Source: the human T2T-CHM13v2.0 reference genome, Homo sapiens. From it: a stretch of 64,000 bases of DNA. This document shows, piece after piece, positions 1 through 20,541 of this stretch. The stretch is from NCBI RefSeq assembly GCF_009914755.1, contig NC_060929.1, one strand, 5' to 3'. The notes under the pieces were generated by a model. It searched no databases. It saw only the letters and a program-made list of their open reading frames with translations, and had not been told where the DNA came from. The first letter of the stretch is position 1; every line of letters begins with the position of its first letter. A program made the position numbers and the translations under genes.

Positions 1-1
1 T

Positions 2-1904
<1,903 letters not shown>

Positions 1905-2064
1905 CTATAAAAAAACACAACAAACTAATAACTGTGGTTTCTAAGGGTTAGAATTTGAGGCTGATGGGCAGAAAGGAAAGGGTAATTGCTTTTTAATACA
2001 CATTTCTCTCTGCATTTTGCATTTTGTGCTGTATTACTTTTTTAAAAAACATGAATTTTTAAGT

Positions 2065-4213
<2,149 letters not shown>

Positions 4214-4279
4214 TATTTGGGAAGAGAAGTTCTCATTTCACTGAATTTGTAGCTTGGAAAATATAAGTCTTGACTGGTA

Positions 4280-4450
4280 TTTAGGGGCTACCATATTCAA
4301 ATAGCTAGCTTGAGAGTGAATGAAAAAGGTCAAAAGAAACACTGAGAGATGGAGATAAACTGATCCTGATAACATTTTTTTTACCCTTCGGATCCACTCA
4401 TGCCTGGAAGAAAACCTGTCAGTGTTTTGTTTTGTTTTCTTTTTAAGCAA
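4280..4450 (+). mobile_element. Old MaLR (MLT1J/K-like) LTR fragment
   Basis: GAGAGATGGAGA..TCCTGATAACAT..GGATCCACTCATGCCTG resembles the MLT1J/K/L 3' part. Confidence 0.45.
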
Positions 4451-4562
4451 ATACTCCCTCTGCCCACACACTTTATGCTTTAAAACAAAAGGCCATGTTG
4501 AACTTGTAGAACCAAATGATTGCTAATTACTTGGGGCGATACTAGTGATATATTATCTTACA

Positions 4563-4573
4563 TACACACACAC

Positions 4574-4607
<34 letters not shown>
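4563..4607. repeat. (CA)n microsatellite
   Basis: Interrupted CA dinucleotide run. Confidence 0.95.
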
Positions 4608-4610
<3 letters not shown>

Positions 4611-5299
4611 CTTGAGTCCAGCATGGCCTACTGATTTTAAAATAGGAAATGACAGTGTAAATGCCAGGATAAAGGACAAAGTGCTCTGACCTGTTGCCAA
4701 ACCTTTTTTTCCACAGCTACAGTGCACCTATATTCTATAATAGTCAGTGCAACTCTTTTTTGTGAATTGTTTACATGTCTGACTTCTTGTTTGGATTTTA
4801 CTTGGTGATTTGATATGAATTTTTAATGTGAAAGCACTTAGCGTTAGGAGTTTGACATTTTGTCTGACCTGAATCACCAAGAGGATCATGTGAGGTTTAT
4901 TCAGTGGGAAGAGAACTGTTACAGCTCTGACAGAAATGATGGGAAATAAGTAAACAGCCTTTTAAATCTTCACCAGAAATCAATAGGGTTTAAAGATGAT
5001 GGACGTTGGTGTTTTTTGCTGCTTAAGGACTTCAACCTTTTACGGGAAAATATCTTCTCTACGTGTCAGCAGTTTTTTCCATGCACACAATGAATCGCTG
5101 CTGCAAATAGAACATTCTGCATAGAACACTCTTCATCATTATTATAAGAAAGAAGCTGTGTAAGACTGGCCTTGGTAATGTAGAGCCTTTTGGGGCATTT
5201 TTGTATGAAAAGAGAGGACCATATCTTACAATTTTGTTTTCATCATAAGTGTAATTTATGTGCCAAACTTTTTCCTCAACTAAATAATAACAGTTTTTA

Positions 5300-5490
5300 T
5301 ATACTGAGAACCTCCTTTGTACTGGGCATTGACTGTGTGATGTTTTAAGGTAGATTATTTGACCCCACTTTATAGATGACAAAATTGGAGCCCAGAGGCT
5401 CTAAGTTCGTCTGACTAGTGATAGAACTGATACTTAAAACCCTAGTCCATCTGAGTTTAAAGCTTATCCTTTTACTACTTTCCAGCTGTG
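5300..5490 (-). mobile_element. MIR SINE fragment
   Basis: CCCCACTTTATAGATGACAAAATTGGAGCCCAGAGG MIR core. Confidence 0.65.
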
Positions 5491-6899
5491 TCTCTGAGGA
5501 CAGGCACTCAATAGGTGTTCTTGCCCTTGGTTCTATTTCTTCGGTAGTGGTATCTCTTATTTTCTTTCTCCTTTTCCCCCTAGTCAGTAAAACTAATATA
5601 AGTGATGGCCTTCACATCATTTAATAAGAGGATAAGAGCTACATCATGGTCATTGAATAAAAGAATATGGGTTAAGAACTGCTTCCCGGTATACTCTGCA
5701 GATTTGATTTATTATGAATGATTTATGAGATATTAGATTGCTGTATAGTAGTTAGCAGTGTATTCACAATCAGCTGCACTCTAATGCCAAGTGTTGAAAT
5801 ATTAACTGAACGTATCATGTAGTGTCCTTTGTTTATAACATAATAATCTTGACTTTACAAAATAGTTAACTTTCCAGCTGTTTAATTTGTACATATCATT
5901 GTACAACTGTTATCTTTGAGAAAGCAGCTTATTTATTTTGTGATTTGGAAATAGTCTTTGTAATTCAAACTAAGAAAATCAACTTAGTTTTGTAATAATA
6001 AATATCATGGAACATACACTGCTAAATAAAAATTTTCACATAAAACCTCCTGATTTGATGTTATTTTACATTTAAAGGCACATTACTTAATTGGAATTTT
6101 TATAAAGGAAATAAGATAGCTTCTTACCAGTTTATTGTAATACATGTAATATGTTAGATATGTCGAATGCAATTACTATCAGATGAACAGTTCTTTTCCT
6201 ACTCTTTCATGAATCTGTTTTAGAGCAGTCACTTAATGTTTGTCGTTTTTCATTTCCTTATTAAAACTGAAATAAATGAAATGACCTGAGAATCCTTCTA
6301 ACTCTAAAATTGTGTAACTTTTTAGGCTTAGAATTTTGACTTGAAGTCATTTTTTCCTTCACATACTTCTAATTAATAAAACCTTAAAAATAATTTTTGT
6401 TACAGCATTTCTAAATGTTCTTCTTCCTAGCCCTTAAAGCAGATATTTTTCTAATATCCAGTTGCCTTCTTTGAATTGGCAATACTGTGTTACACACCTG
6501 ACTTGCGCTCATCTCAAATAGAATATCTTACCTTTGTTTTTCATTAAAATACACACACACATATAGAATATATGTGGCATTGTGACTCCAGGCACCTTCA
6601 GGTGTCAGTAAAGGAATGATGATTAATCAGCCATTTTCTTGTGTTTCTGGGAGCCTGAAGTTTTCAGGTACATGAGGATTAATTCTATATTTGATAAAAG
6701 AGCCAGTTGATCAGTTCGAATAGGTAATTAACTGCTAAGCTTGTAAGAAACATTTCAACTTGTGATGAGAGGATGATCCTTAGGCAATCTCAGTGTGGCA
6801 GAAGCTATAATCAATGTATGCATCTCAGATAAAATTATAGTCTCATCTACCCTTTGCTCAACATTTTTACACTGACCCAGTACCTCTAAAAAGAGAATG

Positions 6900-7080
6900 T
6901 AGTAGAAATCAGGAATCCTCTGTTCTAGTGTGACTCTGCCCCTAATTTTCTGGTCACATAAATTGGAAGGTCACATAACCTTTTAAGGCCTGAGCTTTCT
7001 TGTCTGCAAAATGAGGGTGATAGAACCTATTAAACAGTTATTGTGGGAATTATTTTAGTTAACATATGTGAAAGAATTTG
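6900..7080 (+). mobile_element. MIR SINE fragment
   Basis: CCTGAGCTTTCTTGTCTGCAAAATGAGGGTGATA MIR core. Confidence 0.65.
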
Positions 7081-7491
7081 AATTCTTAAATAACTTCTGC
7101 TTTGCCAGACAATTTAGGTATCTTATTTGCTAGTACAAGTTTTTGTAACCTGGATTTGGTGTGTAACCTTAGATAGACTGTAGCATTTTGGGTATGATCA
7201 GATGTAACCTCTTTAAAGAAAAAAAAAAAAGGAACAGCTGAATTTATTTACTTCTTGTTTCAAGGAAGAAAATCGTAGTTGCCTCTCCTATCAAGTAAAC
7301 ATGTCCATTTTTAAAAGACAGTCAGCTCCCCAACAGGGATTATAAATTGAACAAATGAAAGACGGCTTTTCAGAATAAAGTATTCAATTTAATTCATTTT
7401 CTTTTCTTGTTTGACTTTGAACTTTTAATCTTCTTGGTAAATATCAAAGGAATTCCCTAGTTACTTTGCATTTACATTTTGCATTGGTTAC

Positions 7492-7848
7492 TGTCATGGA
7501 CTGCATATTTGTGTGCCCTCAACATTCATATGTTGAAATCTAATCCCAATATGATGGTATTTGGAGGTGGGACCTTTAAGAGGTAATTAAGACATGAGAG
7601 TGGAACCTTCATGAAAGACATAAGTGCCCTTATAAAAAGATGCCAAAAAGCTAGCCCACTCCTTCCACCATGTAAGGAGAGAATGAAAAATTGGTAGTCT
7701 GCAACCCAGAAGAGGGCCCTCACCAGACCTGACTATGCTGGCATCCTTATATTGGACTTCCAATCTTCAGAGCTGTGAGAAATAAATTTCTGTTGTTTCT
7801 AAGCCACCTGGTCTATGGTATTCTGTTACAGCAGCCTGAACTAAGACA
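7492..7848 (+). mobile_element. MaLR solo LTR (MLT1A/MLT1A0-like)
   Basis: TG...CA ends, AATAAATTTCTGTTGTTT, terminal CTAAGACA; 5-bp TSD GTTAC / ATTAC. Confidence 0.85.
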
Positions 7849-7852
7849 ATTA

Positions 7853-7982
7853 CAGTTGACCCTTGAACAACACAAGTTTGAACTGTGCATGTCAACTTCT
7901 ACATTATTTTTTCTCTGTTCAGTCAAGGATGGAAAAATACATTATTAATGTAATGCAAAACCTATATATGTGGAGGGCCAGC
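7853..7982 (+). mobile_element. MER8 (Tigger2-derived MITE), left half
   Basis: TA|CAGTTGACCCTTGAACAACAC TIR; element resumes at 16260. Confidence 0.85.
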
Positions 7983-8510
7983 TGATATGGTGTGGCTGTG
8001 TCCCCATCCAAATCTCATCTTGAATTCCCACATGTTCTGGGAGGAACCCAGTGGGAGGTAAGTGAATCATGGGGCAGGTCTTTCCCATGCTGTTCTCATG
8101 ATAGCAAATAAGTCTCACAACATCTGATGATATTATAAGGGGGAGTTTCCTTACATAAGCTCCTCTCTTGCCTGCTGCCATGTGAGACGTGCCTTTCACC
8201 TTTTGCCATGATCGTAAGGCCTCCCCAGCCACTTGGAACTGTAAGTCCAATAAACCTCATTCTTTTGTAAATTGCCCAGTTGTGGTTATGTCTTTTTTTT
8301 TTTTAATTATACTTTAAGTTTTAGGGTACATGTGCACATTGTGCAGGTTAGTTACATATGTATACATGTGCCATGCTGGTGCGCTGCACCCACTAACTCG
8401 TCATCTAGCATTAGGTATATCTCCCAATGCTATCCCTCCCCCCTCCCCCGACCCCACCACAGTCCCCAGAGTGTGATATTCCCCTTCCTGTGTCCATGTG
8501 TTCTCATAGT

Positions 8511-12364
<3,854 letters not shown>

Positions 12365-12400
12365 TTAGTTGATGCAGTTTCTTCCTAGTCTCGATGGTCT

Positions 12401-13415
12401 TGACATTTTGGCATGATTTTGCAGCGGCTGGTACCGGTTGTTCCTTTCCATGTTTAGTGCTTCCTTCAGGAGCTCTTTTAGGGCAGGCCTGGTGGTGACA
12501 AAATCGGTCAGCATTTGCTTGTCTGTAAAGTATTTTATTTCTCCTTCACTTATGAAGCTTAGTTTGGCTGGATATGAAATTCTGGGTTGAAAATTCTTTT
12601 CTTTAAGAATGTTGAATATTGGCCCCCACTCTTCTGGCTTATAGGGTTTCTGCAGAGAGATTCGCTGTTGGTTTGGTGGGCTTCCCTTTGTAAGTAACAT
12701 GACCTTTCTCTCTGGCTGCCCTTAACATTTTTTTCTGCATTTCAACCTTGGAGGATGTGACAATTATGTGTCTTGGAGTTGCTCTTCTCGAGGAGTATCT
12801 TTGTGGCATTCTCTGTATTTCCTGAATCTGAATGTTGGCCTGCCTTGCTAGATTGGGGAAGTTCTCCTGGATAATATCCTGCAGAGTGTTTTCCAACTTG
12901 TTTCCATTCTCCCCGTCACTTTCAGGTACACCAATCAGACGTAGATTTGGTCTTTTCACATAGTCCCATATTTCTTGGAGGCTTTGCTCCTTTCTTTTTA
13001 TTCTTTTTTCTCTAAACTTCCCTTCTCGCTTGATTTCGTTCATTTCATCTTCCATCACTGATACCCTTTCTTCCAGTTGATCGCATCGGCTCCTGAGGCT
13101 TCTGCATTCTTCACGTAGTTCTCGAGCCTTGGTTTTCAGCTCCATCAGCTCCTTTAAGTACTTCTCTTTATTGGTTATTCTAGTTATACATTCATCTAAA
13201 TTTTTTTCAAAGTTTTCAACTTCTTTGCCTTTGGTTTGAATGTCCTCCTGTAGCTCAGAGTAATTTGATCGTCTGAAGCCTTCTTCTCTCAGCTCGTCAA
13301 AGTCATTCTCCATCCAGCTTTGTTCCGTTGCTGGTGAGGAACTGCGTTCCTTTGGAGGAGGAGAGGTGCTCTGCGTTTTAGAGTTTCCAGTTTTTCTGCT
13401 CTGTTTTTTCCCCAT
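12401..13415 (-). pseudogene. L1 ORF1p, disrupted (premature stop at 12639, 2-bp deletion, natural stop mutated to TCA)
   Basis: MGKKQSRKTGNSK... coiled-coil/RRM 258 aa; the C-terminal WGPIFNILKEKNFQPRISYPAKLSF lies in another frame. Confidence 0.93.
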
Positions 13416-14306
13416 CTTTGTGGTTTTATCTACTTTTGGTCTTTGATGATGGTGATGTACAGATGGGTTTTCGGTGTGGATGTCCTTTCTGTTTGTTTTC
13501 CTTCTAACAGACAGGACCCTCAGCTGCAGGTCTGTTGGAATACCCTGCAGTGTGAGGTGTCAGTGTGCCCCTGCTGGGGGGGGCCTCCCAGTTAGGCTGC
13601 TCGGGGGTCACGGGTCAGGGACCCACTTGAGGAGGCAGTCTGCCCGTTCTCAGATCTCCAGCTGCGTGCTGGGAGAACCACTGCTCTCTTCAAAGCTGTC
13701 AGACAGGGACATTTAAGTTTGCAGAGGTTACTGCTGTCTTTTTGTTTGTCTGTGCCCTGCCCCCAGAGGTGGAGCCTACAGAGGCAGGCAGGCCTCCTTG
13801 AGCTGTGGTGGGCTCCACCCAGCTCGAGCTTCCCGGCTGCTTTGTTTACCTAAGCAAGCCTGGGCAATGGCGGGCGCCCCTCCCCCGGCCTCGCTGCTGC
13901 CTTGCAGTTTGATCTCAGACTGCTGTGCTAGCAATCAGTGAGATTCCGTGGGCGTAGGACCCTCCGAGCCAGGTGTGGGATATAATCTCGTGGTGCGCCG
14001 TTTTTTAAGCCGGTCTGAAAAGCGCAATATTCGGGTGGGAGTGACCCGATTTTCCAGGTGCGTTCGTCACCCCTTTCTTTGACTCGGAAAGGGAACTCCC
14101 TGACCCCTTGCACTTCCCAGGTGAGGCAATGCCTCGCCCTGCTTAGGCTCGCGCACGGTGCGTGCACCCACTGGCCTGCGCCCACTGTCTGGCACTCCCT
14201 AGTGAGATGCACCCGGTACCTCAGATGGAAATGCAGAAATCACCCGTCTTCTGCGTCGCTCACACTGGGAGCTGTAGACCGGAGCTGTTCCTGTTCGGCC
14301 ATCTTC
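13416..14306. promoter_or_regulatory. L1 5' UTR with CpG-rich sense promoter (minus strand) and antisense promoter (plus strand)
   Basis: CpG-rich L1PA 5' UTR; YY1 core AAGATGGCCG at the extreme 5' end (rc at ~14296-14305). Confidence 0.75.
13867..14082 (+). pseudogene. L1 antisense ORF0, inactivated by CGA>TGA at 13939-13941
   Basis: ATGGCGGGCGCCCCTCCC encodes MAGAPPPASLLPCSLISDCCASNQ*; the normal stop is at 14080-14082. Confidence 0.8.
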
Positions 14307-16259
14307 GTGGTTATGTCTTTATCAGCAATGTGAAAATGGACCAGTATAGTAAATGGGTACCAGGAGAGTGGGGCACTGCTGAAAAGAGACCCGAAAATAT
14401 GGAAGCAACTTTGCAACTGGGTAACAGGCAGAGACTGAAACAGTTTTGAGGGCTCAGAAGAAGATAGGAAAATGTGGAAGAGTTTGGAACTCCCTAGAGA
14501 CTTGTTGAATGGCTTTGACCAAAATGCTGATAATGATATGGACAGTGAAATCCAGGCTGAGGTGGTCTCAGATGGAGATGAGGAACTTGTTGGGAACTGG
14601 AGCAAAGGTGACTCTTGTTATGTTTTAGCAAAGAGACTGCCAGCATTTTGACCCTGCCCTAGAGATTTGTGGAATTTGAATTCGAGAGAGATGATTTAGG
14701 CTATCTGGCAGAATAAATTTCTAAACAGCAAAGCATTCAAGAGGTGACTTGGGTGCTGTTAAAGGCATTCAGTTTTAAAAGGGAAACAGAGCATAAAAGT
14801 TTGGAAAATTTGCAGCCTGACAATGTGTTAGAAAAGAATATCCCATTTTCTGAGAAGAAATTCAAGCTGGCTGCAGAAGTAAGGAGGAGCCGAATGTTAA
14901 CCACTAAGACAATGGGGAAAATGTCTCCAGGTCATGTCAGAGAACTTTGCAGCAGCTGCTCTCATCAAGCCCAGAGGTTTAGGAGAAAAAAAAAAATGGT
15001 TTCATGGGCAGGGCCCAGGGTCCCTCTGCTCTGTGCAGTCTAGGGACTTGGTGCCCTGTGTCCCAGTCACTCCAGCTGTGATTAAAAGGGCCCAAGGTAC
15101 AGCCCGGGCTGTTGCTTCAGAGGGTGGAAGCCCCAAGCCTTGGCGACTTCCACATAGTGTTGAGCCTGCGGGTGCACAGAAGTCAAGAATTGAAGTTTGA
15201 GTACCTCTGCCTAGACCTCAAAAGATGTACGGAAACATCTGGATGCCCAGGTAAAATTTTGCTGCAGGGGCGAGGCCCTCATGGAGAACCTCTGCTAGGG
15301 CAGTGCAGAAGGGAAATGTGGGGTCAGAGCTCCCTCACAGAGTCCCTTCTGGAACATTGCCTAGTGGAGCTGTGAGAAGAGGGCCACCATCCTCCATACC
15401 CTAGAATGGTAGAACCACCAACAGCTTGCACTGTGCATCTGGAAAATCTGCAGACATTCAATGCCAGCCCATGAAAGCAGCCAGGAGGGAGTCTGTACCC
15501 TGCAAAGCCACAGAGGTGGAGCTGCCCGAGACCATGGGAACCCACTTCTTGCATCATCATGGCCTGGATGTGAGACATGAAGTCAAAGGAGATCATTTTG
15601 GAGCTCTAAGATTTTACTTCCTCACTGGATTTCAGATTTGCATGGGGCGTTTAGCCCATTTGTTTTGTCCAGTTTCCCCCATTTGGAACGGCTGTATTTA
15701 TCCAATGCCTGTACCCCCATTGTGTCTAGGAAATAACTAACTTGCTTTTGATTTTACAGGCTCATAGGCAGAAGGGTCTTGTCTCCTCTTGGATGAGACT
15801 TTGGACTGTGGGCTTTTGAGTTAATGTTGAAATGAGTTAAGACTTTGGGGGACTGTTGGGAAGGCATGATTGGTTTTGAAATGTAAGGACATGAGATTTG
15901 GGAGGGGCCAGGAGTGGAATGATATGGTTTGGCTGTGTCCCCACCCAAATCTCATCTTGAATTCCCATGTGTTGTGGGAGGGACCTGGTGGGAGGTAACT
16001 GAATCATTGGGCAGATCTTTCCCATGCTGTTCTCATGATAGCGAATAAGTCTCATGAGATCTGATGGTATTATAAGGGGAGTTTCCTTACACAAGTTCCT
16101 CTCTTGCCTGCTACCATGTGAGGCTTGCCTTTCACCTTTCACCATGATTGTGAGGCCTCCTCAGCCACATGGAACTGTAAGTCCAGTAAACTTCTTTCTT
16201 TTGTAAATCGCCCAGTCTTGGGTATGTCTTTATCAATAGCATGAAAACAGACTAATACA

Positions 16260-16376
16260 CCAGCTTTTCATATATGCAGGTTCCACAGGGCCAACTGCAG
16301 GACTGGAATATGCACGGATTTTGGTATATGTGAGGGATCCTGGAACCAATCCCCAGAATACACTGAGGGACAACTG
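16260..16376 (+). mobile_element. MER8 right half
   Basis: GGAACCAATCCCC...GAGGGACAACTG|TA terminal repeat. Confidence 0.85.
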
Positions 16377-17414
16377 TACTATAGGTTTTTATGTTTAAAT
16401 ATTTTATTTTGATGAAGTGATCTTTAATGGTTCATTCTAGTAACCCAAGGATATGCTTTAAATTTATTGAAGTCAATAGGAAAATGTGATTTAATACTTA
16501 AGAAATTGCAGTAAAACAAAGGAAAAAAATTTCCTTTCTGAGAATTCTTATTTGCCTTTGATATCTAATTCTTATGGTTACCATTTGGCATTTAGTGAAC
16601 CCCTAATAATATATTGAATGATACTTCAAGTTATGTTACAGATCTAAGAATACTTGGCCAAACTGATCTATGACTACAAAAAGAAATTCTGTTGCAGTGA
16701 CTCATACAACAAAAATGTTCCCAGTTTGTGAGTGACGCTCTGTGTTATATTTACTTCCCTAATATATAGTCACCTTTCATAATAGTGTCAGCATAATATA
16801 CTAAGACAAAGAGGATCTACTGAAACTTCTCTTGCAACCATTAGGACAAACCCGGTATAAGACTATGCCTCCAGTTACCTGGGTGACCTTACCCTGTTAA
16901 AGTCTTATTTATAAAATGAGGGCTGACACTGGATTATTGCTAAGGTTCTATCTATCTGGAGAAATTATCAACCAGGAGAGCTTAATGGTATTTGTCACCT
17001 ATTCTTATTTTTCCTAAGAGATCTTTTTCATATGATAGTGACATGATCATTCTGATGAAGTCCTTCCAGCTTCTAATAAAATCTAGGAAACACAGTTGTT
17101 ATTCACCCCATAGTAATGAAGAAACCTGTCCTGTGCACTACAAGGAGCTTCTTATGTTCTGAGAAGAATTGTTATTCACCTTTGATCTCTAGTCCTTAAA
17201 CTCTGTAGTCGGCATTTAATGGATGTCCACTAATATTTAGTTTGGTTTGTGTTGCATATTATGGAAAGCACTCATCTATATTTAATGTCTATGCCACTGC
17301 CTGTGAATTTGTGGGAAGACAAGTGTATTGTAAAGTCAAATTCCTGCCACTCCAATTTTCTACCAGCATCTAAGTCCTCACAGCTGTGCTTTAGTGCCCC
17401 AAATTTGTTATTAA

Positions 17415-17558
17415 GCCCATAATCCCAGCTACTTGGGAGGCTAAGGCCGGAGAATTGCTTGAACCCAGGAGGTAGAGGTTCCAGTGAGCCAGGATCACAC
17501 CGTTGCACTCCAGACTGGACAATAGCAGTGGAACTCAGTCTCCCCCAAAAAAAAAAAA
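17415..17558 (+). mobile_element. 5'-truncated Alu (right arm only)
   Basis: TAATCCCAGCTACTTGGGAGGCT...GCACTCCAG plus poly-A. Confidence 0.85.
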
Positions 17559-18559
17559 ATAGACATTTTTATACATATCACGGACAGGTTTTATATATGA
17601 TCTTGTTTCTTGTGGACTGTAAGCTACTTGAGGTTAAAAGCTCTACTTTATTTATTTATGTCCCTCCACTGTTTACTACTACTTAGCACATATACGACAA
17701 TCAGTTACATTTACTAAGTTGATGATTATAAGGAATCACACACGATATAATAGCTGAGTTGTTAATGAAAAAAAAATCAGTTTCTTTGTAATGATTCCTC
17801 TCTACCAGAAAAACAATCAAGAACCCGTTGTATGTGGTAGCTTATGTAAGAGGGAAGCTTCTGGAAAAGCACCTGCCAATTGTCACTGTTATATTTTCAG
17901 AGACAAAAGACAAATATAGTCACAATCACTGGTATAATTTTCATGACCTCTAAACAGTTCTGTATTTTTTAATGACTACAGAAATTTATTGGTTATTTTC
18001 AGTTTAGTTTTATGCAGTCTGGCAAAGTAATCAGATTAAGTATGTATGTATCACACACTTTTTCACTTATAGCAGTAATCCTTTATCTGCATCAGTCTAA
18101 TTTAGTGCTTTGGGCAATAGAGTAATGCAGACTAAATCAAAGCTGGATATGAGCCAAGATGATGAGTTGGAAAGATCCCTGGCTTTGTAATTAGATAGAC
18201 CTGGATTCCCATTAATTGAGGTAATGAATGTAAAATACTGAACACAGTGCCTGGCTCCTGGTAAGTTGCCCCATAAATGGTAGCTAATGTTATTTTACTT
18301 TAAAGAGTGCATAGTTTTTAAAATAATCATTAGGTAGGAAGAGCTGTGGTAAAGGAGTGAAGTTTGTTTCCTTGAAAGTACAGTTTACCAGCATGCAGTA
18401 TATCTTGTTATTTGTTAGCTCTGTGGAAACATGCCTACCTAAAAAGGAGACTCAGGTTCTGAAACAGACCAAGAATGAAAGCACCAACTAACTCTTTTGT
18501 GAGGCCTTGTGCTTTTTTATTCAATGGAAGATAACAGTCATCAGATTGGGGTAGGGTCT

Positions 18560-18790
18560 AATGGTGGCAGCCAACTAGTGTGTGTTTTAATTGTGTGTGT
18601 TGCATGATGAGAGGTTTAATGCCTTAGGCAAGTCACTAGATGAGCTCAACTCTAAGAGTACATTTTCTTTAGTAAAAATAAGGCCAATACTATTTGTGTT
18701 GCAAAGTTATGAAGATTGATGATTATGTCAGTAAAATGCCCAGTGCCTGGCATTTTGAAAATGCTCCTATAAATTGAACCTTAATTTTTC
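18560..18790 (+). mobile_element. MIR fragment
   Basis: CCTTAGGCAAGTCACT..., AAAATGCCCAGTGCCTGGCA; approximate. Confidence 0.5.
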
Positions 18791-19189
18791 TCATTATTAT
18801 CATTGTTATTTTTATATAATGATCTGTGTATTTAAGGTGGGTTTGTCCTTTGAGGATCCTCTTCGCAATATTTTCCTGTTGCTTAGAAACACATCCTTTA
18901 AATAACAATAGAAGCTCTCTATGCATCTGAAAGTAGAAATGCTCTTAACTTTTTACTATTCCCACCTAAGCTTGTCTTCTAACATTACTTCTGATCTTTC
19001 AGAAGTACGTTCTCTTCGTGTAAAGGAATTATGGAAGAGTTTGCTGTCTGGCTAATCTTGCTATATGGTAGTATCTGCAGTTTTCCCAAGAGGAATGCGT
19101 TCATTTTGTGCTATCTAATTGCCAGTCTTAATGTATTCATATTGGCAAGTTTTCAGTATTCTGTCCCTACTTTTTTCCTTTTCCCTGTT

Positions 19190-19509
19190 GGCTGTGGTTT
19201 GACTTTGTTCCCCCAAAGTTTGTGTGTTTGAAACTTCATCCCAATGCAATAGTGTTAGGAGGTGGGATCTAATAAGAGGTGATTGGGTTGAATAAAGTAA
19301 GTCCAATCCCTGGTGCCTCTCTCTTGGTCCCTCTGTGTTTGCTTGCTATTCCAACATGTTATAACATAGCACAGAGGCCCTTGTCAGATGCTGGTACCAT
19401 ATTCTTGGACTTGCCAGCCTCCAGAACTGTGAGCCAAATAAATTTCTTTTCTTTATAACTTAACTAGTCTGTGATATTCTGTTATAGCAACAGAAAACGG
19501 ACTAAGAGA
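19190..19509 (+). mobile_element. MaLR solo LTR (MSTB/MSTD-like)
   Basis: CCAGCCTCCAGAACTGTGAGCCAAATAAATTTC...AGCAACAGAAAACGGACTAAGA. Confidence 0.8.
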
Positions 19510-20048
19510 CTTGTGATGATTTGATTTAATTTTACTTTTTCCTGATAGTTTTAAGATTTTATTCTAAATACACTCTCACTGAAGAGTTCGTAATGCCATC
19601 TTATATTATTTTACTCTATATTTTTGTCTTTACTCTCTATCCTTTGATGTACTTGTTGTGACAACTTTAATCATGTTTAGACTGGTTTGTGGAGAAGAGA
19701 GGATCACAACAGGTACAGAAATAGGCTATAGACTTTATATGGCTGTTGTCAGTCTTTTCTATTTTATTATCTTGGAGTTGAACTTATGTAGGACATTACT
19801 GGCTACGGTAAAGAAATCAAATAAAAAGAAAGGACAGTTCTTTCAATCTTGTATTAGATTTATAGCCTACCAAAGGAACTCCATTGTTGATGCTGATAAA
19901 CAAATGAATGGAAATTCAGAATGGTTATAGTAGTCCAGTGAGCTTTGGAAGGTTGTAAGCTTTCTGGGCCTTAGTTTTCTTCAGTACAAAATGGACATAT
20001 TAACTGAGCTTTCTATTTCCGTGGATTGTATAAAGATCAGATGAAATA

Positions 20049-20541
20049 TAGTTCACCCTTGAACAACACAGGAGTTAGGGGAACTGACACCCCCCCGACA
20101 CACCCACACAGTCAAAAATCTGAGCGTAACTTTAGACTCCCCAAAAACTTACCTGCTAATAACCTACTGTTGACTGAAAGCCTTACCAGTAAAATGAACA
20201 ATTAACACACATTTTAGTGTTGTATGTATTTGTACTATGTATGCCCTTAAAATAAAGGAAGGTAGGGGAAAAATCATGAAGAGAAAATATATTTACTATT
20301 CATTTAGAGGAAGTGGGTCATCACAAAGGTCTTTATTCTCATCATCTTCATGTCAAGGATGCTGGAGGAGGGGAAGGGGCTGGTCTTAGTGTCTCAGAGG
20401 TGACAGAGGCAGAAGGAGTAAGCCGAGAAGGTGGAAGGGGAGGAAGAAGTGGCAGGCACATTTGATGTAACTTTTATTGACAAATATCTGCATATAAGTG
20501 GACCCGCACAGTTCAAACCTGCATTATTGAAAGGTCAACTG
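20049..20541. mobile_element. Tigger2a (MER28) MITE, inserted in a MIR
   Basis: TIRs (T)AGTTCACCCTTGAACAACAC ... GAAAGGTCAACTG flanked by TA. Confidence 0.85.

Noticed and set aside
8433-8460. G-quadruplex-forming tract on the minus strand
   Set aside because: Standard G-rich tract of the L1 3' UTR, not locus-specific
14744-15740. ORFs in the THE1 internal region
   Set aside because: Fragments of the decayed MaLR internal ORF with multiple frameshifts; no intact gag/pol
17881-18050. Possible small exons after TTTTCAG acceptors (17900, 18002)
   Set aside because: Donors are weak (GTATAA, GTAATC), pyrimidine tracts are short and no convincing reading frame exists; may still be a conserved non-coding element
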